Positions 43,680 through 50,878 of a stretch of 51,005 bases of DNA are shown in pieces (within the stretch, counting starts at the first letter, position 1; each line of letters begins with the position of its first letter). This DNA comes from a virus. The position numbers were made by a program, and so were the translations under genes. The stretch is from positions 1-51,005 of IMG/VR virus record IMGVR_UViG_3300045051_000371; one strand, 5' to 3'. The notes below the pieces were generated by a model. The model did not search any database, had not been told where the DNA came from, and worked only from the letters and a program-made list of their open reading frames with translations.

Positions 43680-43807
43680 AGCTTATTAAGTTCTTCTTCT
43701 AGTTCATCTGCATGACTAATGCAGAGTTCTGCAAGCCGTTCATATAGTTGAGCTGCCTCAACACACTCAGCTTCCCAAGCTTTCTCTGCTTCAACCTCAT
43801 AGGCCAA
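43676..43807 (-). CDS. Small acidic helical ORF; start uncertain (TTG at 43807, or ATG at 43843 followed by an in-frame TAG)
   Basis: Found by hand translation. Its stop overlaps the next ATG (ATGA). Confidence 0.3.
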   Translation of the reverse strand: MAYEVEAEKAWEAECVEAAQLYERLAELCISHADELEEELNKL

Positions 43808-43839
43808 ACCTTCCAGTGTCTACTTCTCGATTAGATGTT

Positions 43840-44034
43840 TCATTCCTTTACATCGTAAGAGGTTATAGTGAATAGGTGGTCTTTGGTTTCGATTAGGCCA
43901 CGGTTACTTTTCTTCGCGCCACATTCTTTGGCTAGCCATTTAGTTGCAGCAAGACGAGATTTGAATGCGGCCATGAATTTCCAGTTAGCTACGTAGTGGG
44001 TGGAGTATTCAACGATGAAGATTCGGGTTGGCAT
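43840..44034 (-). CDS. Small hypothetical protein
   Basis: I took the internal ATG at 44034. Confidence 0.4.
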   Translation of the reverse strand: MPTRIFIVEYSTHYVANWKFMAAFKSRLAATKWLAKECGAKKSNRGLIETKDHLFTITSYDVKE

Positions 44035-44257
44035 AGACAAGCTTATCGTATAGCTTATTGTGATGATCTTGAAACTTGCACAGCAATTTAAAAGACACAT
44101 CAAAGTCTAGCATTCTAAAACTCAGCACGACTAACAGTGTCTCGAAGAGCAGCACAATATCCGTGAGCCAAATCAGAAATCTGCGATAGAATGCAAGAAG
44201 AACTTTGGTTTGTTTGAGAGTCGCAATATCGCCAGGCTTAAACTTATGCAAGCTCAT
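44009..44257 (-). CDS. Small membrane protein
   Basis: Hydrophobic central segment (FLIWLTDIVLLFETLLVVL). Confidence 0.4.
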   Translation of the reverse strand: MSLHKFKPGDIATLKQTKVLLAFYRRFLIWLTDIVLLFETLLVVLSFRMLDFDVSFKLLCKFQDHHNKLYDKLVYANPNLHR

Positions 44258-44603
44258 AACACTGGATTGAAGCTAGCAGTGATTCTTTAGTGGGATAGAG
44301 TTCGTCTTCATTGAAGGTTGTGTCCAGTAAATCGCTATAGACTTTGTATCTACCCGGGCGTATGATAGTCATAATCTTAACTTGATAAATATTATTATGC
44401 ATCATCACCCACACCTTAGCTCCGACAGAGTAGCGAGTAGCGGGGGAGAGTTGATCTTCGTTAGCGTGACGGCAACTCTTGTTACTATCTAATGCATACC
44501 AAGGCATTGGCTTGTCCGAAGTCCAGCCAATTTGAATGATAGCATAAACACTACTATCATATATCACCTTATCCCCGACGTTAAATTTGGTTTCGATTTT
44601 CAT
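44244..44603 (-). CDS. Small protein with F-x-V-G-D-K-V motifs; member of a paralog family
   Basis: FNVGDKVIY and YSVGAKVWV. The architecture is similar to 47646..48065 and 46148..46504. Confidence 0.5.
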   Translation of the reverse strand: MKIETKFNVGDKVIYDSSVYAIIQIGWTSDKPMPWYALDSNKSCRHANEDQLSPATRYSVGAKVWVMMHNNIYQVKIMTIIRPGRYKVYSDLLDTTFNEDELYPTKESLLASIQCYELA

Positions 44604-44767
44604 TTGAAGTAATCTTTCCAGAGTTTGTAGACTTGCTCAGGAGTTTCATTGACATACCACTCTTGGTCTTTGCACACAACTAGTGTGCACTGAACTGCTT
44701 GCCTAATTGCTCGAATGTCTCCGGCGAGAATATAGATTGGGCCGTGGGTTGTAGTTAGTTTGATCAT
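44600..44767 (-). CDS. Small hypothetical protein (55 aa)
   Basis: Found by hand translation, with ATGA overlaps on both sides. Confidence 0.4.
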   Translation of the reverse strand: MIKLTTTHGPIYILAGDIRAIRQAVQCTLVVCKDQEWYVNETPEQVYKLWKDYFK

Positions 44768-44961
44768 GATTTGCTAAAGCATGCGGTTAACAGTGCCGTC
44801 TCAATTCGTGTAAGTTCTCGGCAGGCATCCGCGTTAGTGTCAAAGGTTTCAGCGAACACGCGTCCGCTATCGAGCCTGACGATCACACGATTCTCATGGA
44901 CGTAAGCACAGACAACCTGGCGTGTATTGAATAAAACATTTCGGAATTTGTAGTAGTTCAT
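44764..44961 (-). CDS. Small hypothetical protein
   Basis: I took the internal ATG at 44961 (MNYYKFRNV...). Confidence 0.4.
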   Translation of the reverse strand: MNYYKFRNVLFNTRQVVCAYVHENRVIVRLDSGRVFAETFDTNADACRELTRIETALLTACFSKS

Positions 44962-45113
44962 TTGTTTTGTTTGTCGTAGTATTGTTTGCAAGTATGTGGT
45001 TGACCGCCAGTATAGGGTCGCCATTTATCATCTGTCTGTTTCCAAACTATGAACTTACCGCAGTAGCGACAACGCGGCTTAACATAGTAGCGATCAAGCT
45101 TTTCGTTAATGAC
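44958..45113 (-). CDS. Zn-ribbon ORF (CRYCG...HTC) lacking a canonical start
   Basis: The open frame ends in an ATGA overlap with the next gene. The only upstream ATG (45146) is followed by an in-frame TAA after 10 codons. Confidence 0.3.
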   Translation of the reverse strand, partial: VINEKLDRYYVKPRCRYCGKFIVWKQTDDKWRPYTGGQPHTCKQYYDKQNK

Positions 45114-45126
45114 TTACATGTCAAAG

Positions 45127-45516
45127 TCATCGTAAGTCTCGCTCATAAATTCTCCTTACCACCTCCGCCCAACGCTTATGATTGGGCGGACAATAAACTT
45201 TTGCAAACTCTTCAAGCGTCAAGTGGGAATTGCTTGATATAGTCCTCAAGCAAATGACTCGTGCCTGCGCGGGAGTGAATTTCTTGAAGCTCTTTCCGCC
45301 GCTCCTTATCTGTATACCATACGGATAACGGGTTGACTTTCCCCCTTCCGCCCTGTAGATCGCTGATGCTAAACGGTTGGAGTCGAAACTGTTGAGCAAC
45401 GAGGCGAAGCTCTTGTTTCCAACAATCGACTGCGCGTTTGTCGTGGACGCGAATAAGCTTAGCAACAAGATGCCAAGTATCTGTGTATTGAATTGGATTA
45501 ATAGACGGAATTTCAT
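45127..45516 (-). CDS. Alternative-frame ORF: signal peptide plus AEGG...YPYGI motif (GH108-like muramidase?)
   Basis: MKFRLLIQFNTQILGILLLSLFASTTNAQS followed by AIYRAEGGKSTRYPYGI. It uses many codons that are rare in this genome (ATA, AGG, CTA, TTA). Confidence 0.3.
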   Translation of the reverse strand: MKFRLLIQFNTQILGILLLSLFASTTNAQSIVGNKSFASLLNSFDSNRLASAIYRAEGGKSTRYPYGIQIRSGGKSFKKFTPAQARVICLRTISSNSHLTLEEFAKVYCPPNHKRWAEVVRRIYERDLR

Positions 45517-45556
45517 GTGGTGCTGCCCATCGTGTAACGTTGGATTCAATAGCCAT
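45212..45556 (-). CDS. Hypothetical protein (the frame favoured by codon usage)
   Basis: It overlaps 45127..45516 almost completely in another frame. Its codon choice resembles confirmed genes. The start is the ATG at 45556 or the TTG at 45640. Confidence 0.4.
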   Translation of the reverse strand: MAIESNVTRWAAPHEIPSINPIQYTDTWHLVAKLIRVHDKRAVDCWKQELRLVAQQFRLQPFSISDLQGGRGKVNPLSVWYTDKERRKELQEIHSRAGTSHLLEDYIKQFPLDA

Positions 45557-45633
45557 GCTTGCTGCTGCACAGCGACGACCGTTGTGTTGACAACGGCAAG
45601 TTCCTACATCACTGATGCACTTGGCATTCTGTA

Positions 45634-45822
45634 TTAGCAAAAACCATCGTTAGTTTCTATTGGAAAACATTTGTTATTGCTATCGTAATTCCAAAGCTTT
45701 CCGACGTGACAACTATCTTTGCAAGACAACTCTACAAATTTGCCAACATGATTATTGATTACTTCAACTGCAGCTTGTTCACGTGCGAGAGTAAGCTCTT
45801 GAAATTTGGCAAGCTTGTTCAT
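45634..45822 (-). CDS. Small hypothetical protein
   Basis: ORF track. Confidence 0.45.
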   Translation of the reverse strand: MNKLAKFQELTLAREQAAVEVINNHVGKFVELSCKDSCHVGKLWNYDSNNKCFPIETNDGFC

Positions 45823-46151
45823 AGCTTTGATTTAATGTAGGCGAGTATGCGGGACTTTGGACGAGGTTGTTGAAAGCGAGGATTAACACCATCGTTGATG
45901 GAACTAATGACAATAGAATTACTATCAGTCAGCTCGTAGAACTTGATGGCTTTAGGGCTTTCAATGAGTCCATAAGAGTAAAGCCTAGTGCCTAAGTGTC
46001 CACGGGCACAATGACAACCCTTGTCGTTGGTTAGTTTATACTTGCACCATTTGTTGGATGGGATAGCTTTGAAGAAATTATAGTAGTCGAGGAGGGTGTT
46101 CATAGCGGGCAAGGCGGCGATGAGTTCTGATTTAGTGTTGAAGTGGATCAT
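45819..46151 (-). CDS. Hypothetical protein
   Basis: ORF track. Confidence 0.45.
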   Translation of the reverse strand: MIHFNTKSELIAALPAMNTLLDYYNFFKAIPSNKWCKYKLTNDKGCHCARGHLGTRLYSYGLIESPKAIKFYELTDSNSIVISSINDGVNPRFQQPRPKSRILAYIKSKL

Positions 46152-46504
46152 ACAAAATCCTGTTCGTGATGATAAATGAAATCAGCTATCGTAAGATAAA
46201 GAATCGTTCTACGAGGATCGCATACTGTCATATGCAACAAGCCTTGGATACGTTGATAGGTATAATTCCTATCGCCAATGGTGTAGACATAAGTTTCGTT
46301 GCTAGCTTTGGCGTTATCAGCAGCAGCGATGAAGTCACGGATGGTGAAGGGCTTAGATAGGTCGTGCTCCGCTGCTACAAATTGCGGCTTGTCATTAAGT
46401 TTAATGACGTAATAGATTCCCGCTTCGCAGAGTCGAACTTCGATAACTGTTGCCGGCTGACGATTGAAAACTACCCGATCTTTCAGGTTGAATTTATGAT
46501 TCAT
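46148..46504 (-). CDS. Hypothetical protein
   Basis: ORF track. The N-terminus FNLKDRVVF resembles the 44244 and 47646 family. Confidence 0.45.
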   Translation of the reverse strand: MNHKFNLKDRVVFNRQPATVIEVRLCEAGIYYVIKLNDKPQFVAAEHDLSKPFTIRDFIAAADNAKASNETYVYTIGDRNYTYQRIQGLLHMTVCDPRRTILYLTIADFIYHHEQDFV

Positions 46505-46509
46505 ATCAG

Positions 46510-47154
46510 TTACTCCATGAAGATGTATTCCAGTGTATACCTACTCCAGTTCATATATCGTGGACGGGAGAGTGGTCGGCCTTCTGTCACTGTGCCAGCG
46601 AAGAGTTCCGCCACTGCATCTTCACATTCATCACGAAGACGTGATTGGATGGCAGCGATGAGACGTGGATGCCAGTGAGCAGGAGCAGAGATAACACGCG
46701 AAGCAACTACTCGCCAGTCAACCTCCTGTGAGAACTGGCCAGCGTGGTAGAGTTGTTCGGCGGTGGCGGGAGAGAGTGCAAGTGGGCCGGAGGATTGTGT
46801 CGTAATCCAATCAGCCTTTCGTTTCTTCCGGTCAAGATATTGTTCTTGTCGGAGGCGATACTCTGCGGCGGGAAGTGTGAGACGATGAACTTCGACGAGG
46901 TTGCGGAGTCGAGTGTTTGCGGGAGAAGATTCACAATCGTCGCGGTAGATAACGATGCCAAGATCATCATCCACACGGTATGTTACATCGTTGGCGACGA
47001 GTGTCTTGATGTGTTCCTTGAGGAGTAACTCAAAGTCCAGACACTCGGGATCGTTGGGGTCGAGGGACGAGACGTTAGTTGCGGAACGAAGCAGGTGTTC
47101 ACAAGGATCATGACAGATGAGTGAGTAATAGCCGGGAATCTTAGCAGTGATCAT
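46510..47154 (-). CDS. Hypothetical protein
   Basis: ORF track, 214 aa. Confidence 0.5.
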   Translation of the reverse strand: MITAKIPGYYSLICHDPCEHLLRSATNVSSLDPNDPECLDFELLLKEHIKTLVANDVTYRVDDDLGIVIYRDDCESSPANTRLRNLVEVHRLTLPAAEYRLRQEQYLDRKKRKADWITTQSSGPLALSPATAEQLYHAGQFSQEVDWRVVASRVISAPAHWHPRLIAAIQSRLRDECEDAVAELFAGTVTEGRPLSRPRYMNWSRYTLEYIFME

Positions 47155-47166
47155 ACGTTGGGAGAG

Positions 47167-47412
47167 TTAGTTGTTGGCGTGGGTGGGTAAGAGATAATCT
47201 ATCATGGCGTTTGCAACTTCAGGTTTAACAGTGCTTGGATTTGCAGTGATTGTGATAGCAATGCAGATTGCTCGCCATTCACGGTCAGTGAGTGGAAGTT
47301 CGGCGAGGATCTTCAGCATCAGGAGCATGAGACAAGTGTTTTGATCCGGCGAGAGTTTAGTCATGTCGCCGGTTTTAAGTGTAGCGATGAGGAGTTCTTG
47401 ATTGGGTGTCAT
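47167..47412 (-). CDS. Small hypothetical protein
   Basis: ORF track. Confidence 0.45.
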   Translation of the reverse strand: MTPNQELLIATLKTGDMTKLSPDQNTCLMLLMLKILAELPLTDREWRAICIAITITANPSTVKPEVANAMIDYLLPTHANN

Positions 47413-47415
47413 AAG

Positions 47416-47649
47416 TTACATGCGGGGTGCGCGAAAGGGAATGTGTTTTCCGGTTGCGGGAACTAGGTAGTCGTCGTGGTGACAGGCGTAGCTGATGACT
47501 TCTAGCGTGATAACTTCTACACAGGTCTTAATGCCTAGCCGTCGGTAATGTTGAACGATTATGTTGAAGAATTCTATAGAGATAGCATCTAATTTATTGA
47601 TCCAATTGGGAAAGTTGAGATCAAGCAGCGCGAGAACGGTTGCATTCAT
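47416..47649 (-). CDS. Small hypothetical protein
   Basis: ORF track. Confidence 0.45.
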   Translation of the reverse strand: MNATVLALLDLNFPNWINKLDAISIEFFNIIVQHYRRLGIKTCVEVITLEVISYACHHDDYLVPATGKHIPFRAPRM

Positions 47650-48065
47650 GCGAGGGGGATAACCTTGATTGCGGCTCGGCAGGATTCGGCGTCGGGGAAG
47701 AGATGGTCTTCGATGTAACAGGATAGACTATTTTTAGTGTGATAGAAATTGTTACTGAAAGATTCAATGACATCTTCCACAATGCCTTGCCAACTAACAC
47801 GCCAAACCTTTTCGCCGACGGCAAAGCGAGGGGCGAGGTGATAATCAGTTAGATCGGATTCGAAGTAAAGTTTGCAGTGTTCAGGCTCTCGGTAGTAGAC
47901 TCCGGCACGTGTATCAAGACCAATATGGCCGATGTTAATAGTTTGCTTGCCGTCAGTAATCTTGTCGCCGACTTTGAATCGTGATTGGAATGTGTTAGTA
48001 TGCATAGTGGATTTGGGGAATTGAGGTGAGGGATAGTGGGTTGTTTTAGTTTCCATCTTGTTCAT
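47646..48065 (-). CDS. Small protein with F-x-V-G-D/E-K motifs (paralog family)
   Basis: FKVGDKITD and FAVGEKVWR, with a C-terminus EDHLFPDAESCRAAI (compare EDELYPTKESLLASI in 44244..44603). Confidence 0.5.
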   Translation of the reverse strand: MNKMETKTTHYPSPQFPKSTMHTNTFQSRFKVGDKITDGKQTINIGHIGLDTRAGVYYREPEHCKLYFESDLTDYHLAPRFAVGEKVWRVSWQGIVEDVIESFSNNFYHTKNSLSCYIEDHLFPDAESCRAAIKVIPLA

Positions 48066-48246
48066 TGTTGCGCAAAGTCTTGCGCAGTTGGATGATTAGT
48101 TGTTGGGCTTGAGCGTTGGTGAGAAAGATGTCGTGTATGCGAAGTCCTTCTGGCGTGCTGAAACTTAGCATTACATCTTTCTTGTGATACTGACATCCAA
48201 GGCAGTTCTTGCCGTAGACGTGCATGGTTTTGACGATGAATTCCAT
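48046..48246 (-). CDS. Small hypothetical protein
   Basis: I took the internal ATG at 48246. Confidence 0.4.
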   Translation of the reverse strand: MEFIVKTMHVYGKNCLGCQYHKKDVMLSFSTPEGLRIHDIFLTNAQAQQLIIQLRKTLRNNEQDGN

Positions 48247-48247
48247 A

Positions 48248-48334
48248 CTATCTTGTTGCTGCCCATGCAATAACAGCAAGCATGAGAACAGGTGCCATGC
48301 ACTTAATTAGCGTGTCGATGTTTTCAGGTGTCAT
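48248..48334 (-). CDS. 28-aa transmembrane micropeptide (MTPENIDTLI...), paralog of 39795..39887
   Basis: Found by hand translation. It shares the MTPENI(D/N)xLI N-terminus and a single TM segment. Confidence 0.45.
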   Translation of the reverse strand: MTPENIDTLIKCMAPVLMLAVIAWAATR

Positions 48335-48400
48335 AGTATTACCAATCAAAATACTCCACGCGAGATGGAGTGAGGGAGAGAAGCCAGAGGAGGAGGGAGT

Positions 48401-48589
48401 TCATTTCTTTTGTATGAAGTCAAAAGGTATAATGTAACGCATTGCGTAGCTACGCATTTCACGAGCTTCGTCTTCTGTAATAAGTTTAGCTTCAATTGCT
48501 TTACGTTGAAGCACAACAAGGTGTGTGCATTCAGGAAACAGCTCTCGCAATGCGATAAATGTGTGAATAGGTTGGTCGTTTGAGGTCAT
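48401..48589 (-). CDS. Small protein, paralog of 49502..49666
   Basis: The two share ELFPE...ITEDE and an identical 15-mer ttcaggaaacagctc (48530-48544 and 49610-49624). Confidence 0.5.
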   Translation of the reverse strand: MTSNDQPIHTFIALRELFPECTHLVVLQRKAIEAKLITEDEAREMRSYAMRYIIPFDFIQKK

Positions 48590-48903
48590 TGAGTATTCCT
48601 TTCCAATTCCATTTTCTTAAACCAAGGATCAAGAAGAATTTTCAGTGGTGTCAGTTGTTTCCAGAAAGCAAGGTATTGTTCGAGTTCGTCGACTTCGTTA
48701 AGTTGCTCACGAATAACTTGCTTGCTCCAGCGCCTTTCAGCACGGATGGTGTGGCGCTTGAAGTCTGCGCTGTGATCACAACAGGGACAGCGATTGGCTT
48801 TCTTGATGACGCACTGAGTCTTGCGACGGCAGGCATGAAACCTGTTGACCATTTGCCAAGGACTACCGATGCAGTCGGGGATGATTTCACCGATGGTTTT
48901 CAT
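48586..48903 (-). CDS. Cys/His-rich small protein
   Basis: HACRRKTQC...CPCCDH. Confidence 0.45.
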   Translation of the reverse strand: MKTIGEIIPDCIGSPWQMVNRFHACRRKTQCVIKKANRCPCCDHSADFKRHTIRAERRWSKQVIREQLNEVDELEQYLAFWKQLTPLKILLDPWFKKMELERNTQ

Positions 48904-49499
48904 GTTAAACGCATTGATTCAGTGGTGTAATCAGGATAATCACGACGTTCATATTCATCGTAACATGATTGAATATCGTGACGAATGTTTTCTAGTGGAT
49001 CCGTATCGTTAAAGTTTCTTTCAATTTCTCGCTTAATGTCTTCAAGAAACATGTTACGAGACATTGTAATGAAAGTTTGTCGACATTCTTCTTGCTCTTC
49101 CCAAAGCAGAAACATTTGGTCGATTTCTTCAGGGATAGAAAGGATGTCTTCAGCTTCAATAGCTTCTTTTTCAAGCTCCCGCTTCAGCGCCTTGCGTAAG
49201 CGACGGGAAGACATCTTCTTGAATCGGTGATGATACTCACCGAAGTTCTCCATCACACTGAGCCCCGTGATATCTTTGCCGCACAGACGGATAGGACGAC
49301 GGGTTTGTGGAGAATTCACTGGACGATAGAAAGCGGTAGCCTTATAGCAAGGCTCATGCCAACCGAAGTAGTGTTCGCCACTTCGGGAAACTATAGTGTG
49401 CGTAGGCTTGCCGATGCTGGATACGAGTTTACATGCTTCGCTAGAGTGAAACCAGAAGATGGAATCACGGCGGGGGCAAAGCTGTGCGAGAGTTTTCAT
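48900..49499 (-). CDS. Hypothetical protein
   Basis: ORF track, 199 aa. Confidence 0.5.
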   Translation of the reverse strand: MKTLAQLCPRRDSIFWFHSSEACKLVSSIGKPTHTIVSRSGEHYFGWHEPCYKATAFYRPVNSPQTRRPIRLCGKDITGLSVMENFGEYHHRFKKMSSRRLRKALKRELEKEAIEAEDILSIPEEIDQMFLLWEEQEECRQTFITMSRNMFLEDIKREIERNFNDTDPLENIRHDIQSCYDEYERRDYPDYTTESMRLT

Positions 49500-49501
49500 A
49501 G

Positions 49502-49666
49502 TTAATTGCGCTCTCTGATAATATCTGCCAAAAACAGATACTCATCTTCAGTGATAACGTTGCGTAGATATGCAGCTTCCAATGCACGACGCGCTGAATG
49601 TTTCAAGTGTTCAGGAAACAGCTCGTGAATTGCACGAAGTGTATCAAGAATTTGAGTGGGATTCAT
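49502..49666 (-). CDS. Small protein, paralog of 48401..48589
   Basis: I took the internal ATG at 49666. Confidence 0.45.
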   Translation of the reverse strand: MNPTQILDTLRAIHELFPEHLKHSARRALEAAYLRNVITEDEYLFLADIIRERN

Positions 49667-49853
49667 AAAGCCAAGGGAATTTGCGTTGCATTTCTTCTTT
49701 GAATAGCTGCCAGACAGTATCAGCGTCATCAACTATTGCGTAAACAGAAGTGCTGTTGGGAGATTTGATTGTTGCTGCAAAATAGCCAAGCGCATTAAGC
49801 ACAAGAACGAATTCTTCTGCGTGAAAGTGTGGTAGACTGGTGTGAAGTTTCAT
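49644..49853 (-). CDS. Small hypothetical protein
   Basis: ORF track. Confidence 0.4.
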   Translation of the reverse strand: MKLHTSLPHFHAEEFVLVLNALGYFAATIKSPNSTSVYAIVDDADTVWQLFKEEMQRKFPWLYESHSNS

Positions 49854-50044
49854 ATTCGTTTTCTTCTATCCCTCTTACAACATTCCGCACTACAGTATCC
49901 ACCGTTGTGGGTTGTAGAGTTATTACATTTTGCAAGTCGGCACTTACGTGAGGGCTTTTGCGGTGTAACGGTGAACAGCTTCTTTGCTTCAGGACAAGAC
50001 TGAATGAGTGTGCTGATTGCAAAGGGAATTAAGCGAGAGATCAT
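49850..50044 (-). CDS. Small Cys-rich basic protein
   Basis: CRLAKCNN...GGYCSAECCKRDRRKR. Confidence 0.45.
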   Translation of the reverse strand: MISRLIPFAISTLIQSCPEAKKLFTVTPQKPSRKCRLAKCNNSTTHNGGYCSAECCKRDRRKRI

Positions 50045-50211
50045 GTTAGTGATGGTAAACTATTACGGACAATCTTGATGATTTCTTCAAGATCCTTAAT
50101 AGCACTTCGCCAAAGATCACGATTCGGTTTGCTACGAAGCTCATAGCTACGTTGCTCTAGATTATAGAGCAACGTTCGCCATTCGGTTTCGGTAAGGTCG
50201 GGTGGGGTCAT
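50041..50211 (-). CDS. Small hypothetical protein (56 aa)
   Basis: Found by hand translation, with an ATGA overlap with 49850..50044. Confidence 0.4.
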   Translation of the reverse strand: MTPPDLTETEWRTLLYNLEQRSYELRSKPNRDLWRSAIKDLEEIIKIVRNSLPSLT

Positions 50212-50216
50212 GACAA

Positions 50217-50360
50217 TTACTCATCAAGATACTCACCAATTTCTTCGGCCAGCTTATTCATCACAGGAATAAGATGCTTAAGCTTGGCCGGGATCATGTT
50301 ATTACCGTCTTCGGTAATAAGACACAGCGTATTATAGAGGATTTCAAGAAGTGAGTGCAT
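50217..50360 (-). CDS. Small hypothetical protein (47 aa)
   Basis: Found by hand translation. Confidence 0.35.
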   Translation of the reverse strand: MHSLLEILYNTLCLITEDGNNMIPAKLKHLIPVMNKLAEEIGEYLDE

Positions 50361-50449
50361 ACTTTTTCCTTTCTCCGTAAAACAAACAAGTTCTCCCGCG
50401 CCCGGAAGAGGTTTTTGCGGGATAGGAGAGTGAATCCTACCAGTTAGAA

Positions 50450-50505
50450 CTTGTTGTAGAAGATAGGGAATAGCATTGGCCTATTCCCTAGGTTTCTACA
50501 ACAAG
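50450..50505 (-). terminator. Compound hairpin (11-bp plus 9-bp stems) spanning the stop codon of 50496..50798
   Basis: cttgttgtaga/tctacaacaag encloses agggaatag/ctattccct. Confidence 0.45.
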
Positions 50506-50798
50506 GTGCTAATTGCTGCCTGCGCAGCGCCAGGTCCGTTGTCTCTGTCATATCCCCAAGGATTAAGTTCATCCCCAGAAATATCCACTTTCATTACTCG
50601 ACCGTGGAGATAGTCAAAGTATAACTCACCACAATTCGAGAAACCGTGTTGCGGTATGTTGTTAATTTCTTCTCGCGCTTCTTCCACACTCATCGGTGAT
50701 GCTCCGCGCTTGTGCAAGAATCCCATGCCTTGTTGTTTACTAGCGTTATACAACGCCGCAAGAACTGCGGCCTTATCGAGTCCTTTAATGTTAATCAT
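50496..50798 (-). CDS. Conserved small protein (…LYFDYLHGRVMKVDISGD…YDRDNGPGAA…)
   Basis: I took the ATG at 50798 rather than the GTG at 50819. The motif looks like a recurrent phage family that I cannot name. Confidence 0.55.
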   Translation of the reverse strand: MINIKGLDKAAVLAALYNASKQQGMGFLHKRGASPMSVEEAREEINNIPQHGFSNCGELYFDYLHGRVMKVDISGDELNPWGYDRDNGPGAAQAAISTLL

Positions 50799-50809
50799 AA
50801 CCAAATGCA

Positions 50810-50842
50810 GAATCCCCACACCTTACTGGGGTGTAGGGATTC
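50810..50842 (-). other. 13-bp hairpin 12 nt upstream of the ATG at 50798
   Basis: gaatccccacacc / ggtgtagggattc with one mismatch. It could be a leader structure or an attenuator. Confidence 0.35.
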
Positions 50843-50878
50843 TGTGTTAATTATGTGTGGTTAGGAGATTCGGAGATT

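Noticed and set aside
43820-43822. Genome-wide stop-codon reassignment (TAG or TAA read as sense), as reported in some gut phages.
   Set aside because: All large genes, including the 1783-aa ORF, the portal and the capsid, are intact under the standard code. terL ends at TAG and many genes end at TAA. Only two tiny ORFs show in-frame stops.
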